64,000 bases of DNA, from the NCBI RefSeq assembly GCF_025526975.1, contig NW_026515684.1, positions 310,001-374,000 on the forward strand, read 5' to 3'. Under the pieces are notes generated by a model. It saw nothing but the letters and a program-made list of their open reading frames with translations. It was not told the origin of the DNA and searched no databases. Position numbers and translations under genes: made by a program. How positions within the stretch are numbered: position 1 is the first letter of the stretch; each line of letters starts with the position of its first letter. Positions 62,920 to 64,000 of the stretch are shown here, piece by piece. This DNA comes from Fimicolochytrium jonesii. Lineage: Eukaryota.

Positions 62920-63381
62920 ATGAAAGCAGATCACCTCACCCGCAATGCATCACCGTGCCGTGCGCGACCGCCACCCGCCATCCCCAAGTCATCCCCAGAA
63001 GCAGGCTCATCACCACCCCCACCGGCAGAGGTATCCGCATCATTGGCTCCGGCGGCTGAACGCGAGTGTCAGATACGTACCGCGGCATACACACCATCGC
63101 CATCTACGTCCACATCAAGATCAGTCCAACCACCAAGCCGGGGCACATGGCCCTCCAAAATCCGCGCCCTCCACTTCACCCGCCTCGTCTACGCCACCTC
63201 CCGCCCACACACAGCGCGGACACCCCACCGCTTCCTCACCCGCCTCCTGCGCCGCCGCGGCGAAATCGAGCGCGAGCTCGGCCGCGACGCGTTCGTGGGG
63301 ATGTGGCGGCGGTGGCGGGTGTTGGGGCGGTGTCTCGAGGCGTGGGTGGGCGGTATGGATGGGGGGCTACCGGACGCTTGA
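62920..63381 (+). CDS. Hypothetical protein
   Basis: ATG at 62920; Pro/Ser-rich N-terminus and Arg/Trp-rich helical C-terminus; no motif recognised. Confidence 0.35.
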   Translation: MKADHLTRNASPCRARPPPAIPKSSPEAGSSPPPPAEVSASLAPAAERECQIRTAAYTPSPSTSTSRSVQPPSRGTWPSKIRALHFTRLVYATSRPHTARTPHRFLTRLLRRRGEIERELGRDAFVGMWRRWRVLGRCLEAWVGGMDGGLPDA

Positions 63382-64000
63382 GAAATGGCTCATGACGCAG
63401 ACTAGGAGGGGATCGTAAGGGCAGAAGACAAGAGACCCCGCGGTGCTTCAACTTTTTTTTGGGACTGTTTTGTATGTACAGGAAACATGGACGCGGGAGG
63501 GGGAGGGGATGATAGATTTACAAGTTTGGAAGGCCGTGTGATGGGGGGGGGGGGGGGGGGCGTAGAACTTTTTGTTTTGCGAAACGAGGGAACGACGGGA
63601 CGGGATTGTGTGGGTGCAGGGAAAAAAAGGGGGGTGTGAAAAAAGACAACCCGGGCAAGGGCGGGACGGGGCGTCATGGACGTGCGGTGCAGCGATGGTT
63701 GGGTGTACAGTACTTAACCGCGCTCGAAGCAGATTCGGGGCGTGATGTTTTCGCCTGCATTGTTCATTACCGTCTCGTCTCGCGAGCTATCTGTGAGGTG
63801 GGTACACCACCACCCCATCGGGATTCTGCGTGAATGTAACACGTGTCGAAATTCAACTGGGAAGAGGAATCTGGGGTTGCGCGGTGATGCGGGACGTAGG
63901 TGTCGTGTCGGGTCGAGCGTTGGGGTGATGCCACCGTCCCCACCCTACGAGATCAAAATCAAGACAACCACAAGCACGACGATCGCGACAACGACCATGA

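Overview
Eukaryotic, GC-rich genomic DNA with short GT-AG introns; gene content suggests an early-diverging fungus, probably a chytrid (taxon is inference). The backbone is housekeeping genes: DGAT2, RraA-like aldolase, Kelch protein, GCIP-like, DHFR, DJ-1/PfpI, AIF-like oxidoreductase, Reeler, AzgA, AreA-type GATA factor, OPT, BRAP2/ETP1, thiolase, MDM10, MIA40, TOM20, SET/MYND, SprT/GCNA and CEM1. The main discovery is a ~3.55-kb mobile element (9437-12989) between two convergent genes. It encodes an intron-containing Fanzor (eukaryotic TnpB-like RNA-guided nuclease) with all three RuvC acidic residues and a zinc finger. This copy is disrupted by three TGA stops and one frameshift. The element is flanked by an 8-bp direct repeat (TAGAAACA), has five tandem hairpin repeats at its left end, and has a candidate omegaRNA/guide at its right end. 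The same hairpin motif recurs as an inverted pair at 2.9-3.4 kb, upstream of a Ulp1-like protease gene whose protease exon the ORF track missed. A probable second Fanzor relic lies at ~48 kb. Other notable items are a predicted alternatively spliced Tom20-SET/MYND fusion, a family of GNA-minihairpin repeats in long introns, a nested foldback element at 42 kb, and a PTS2 extension on the thiolase. All splice models were read by hand and no database searches were run.
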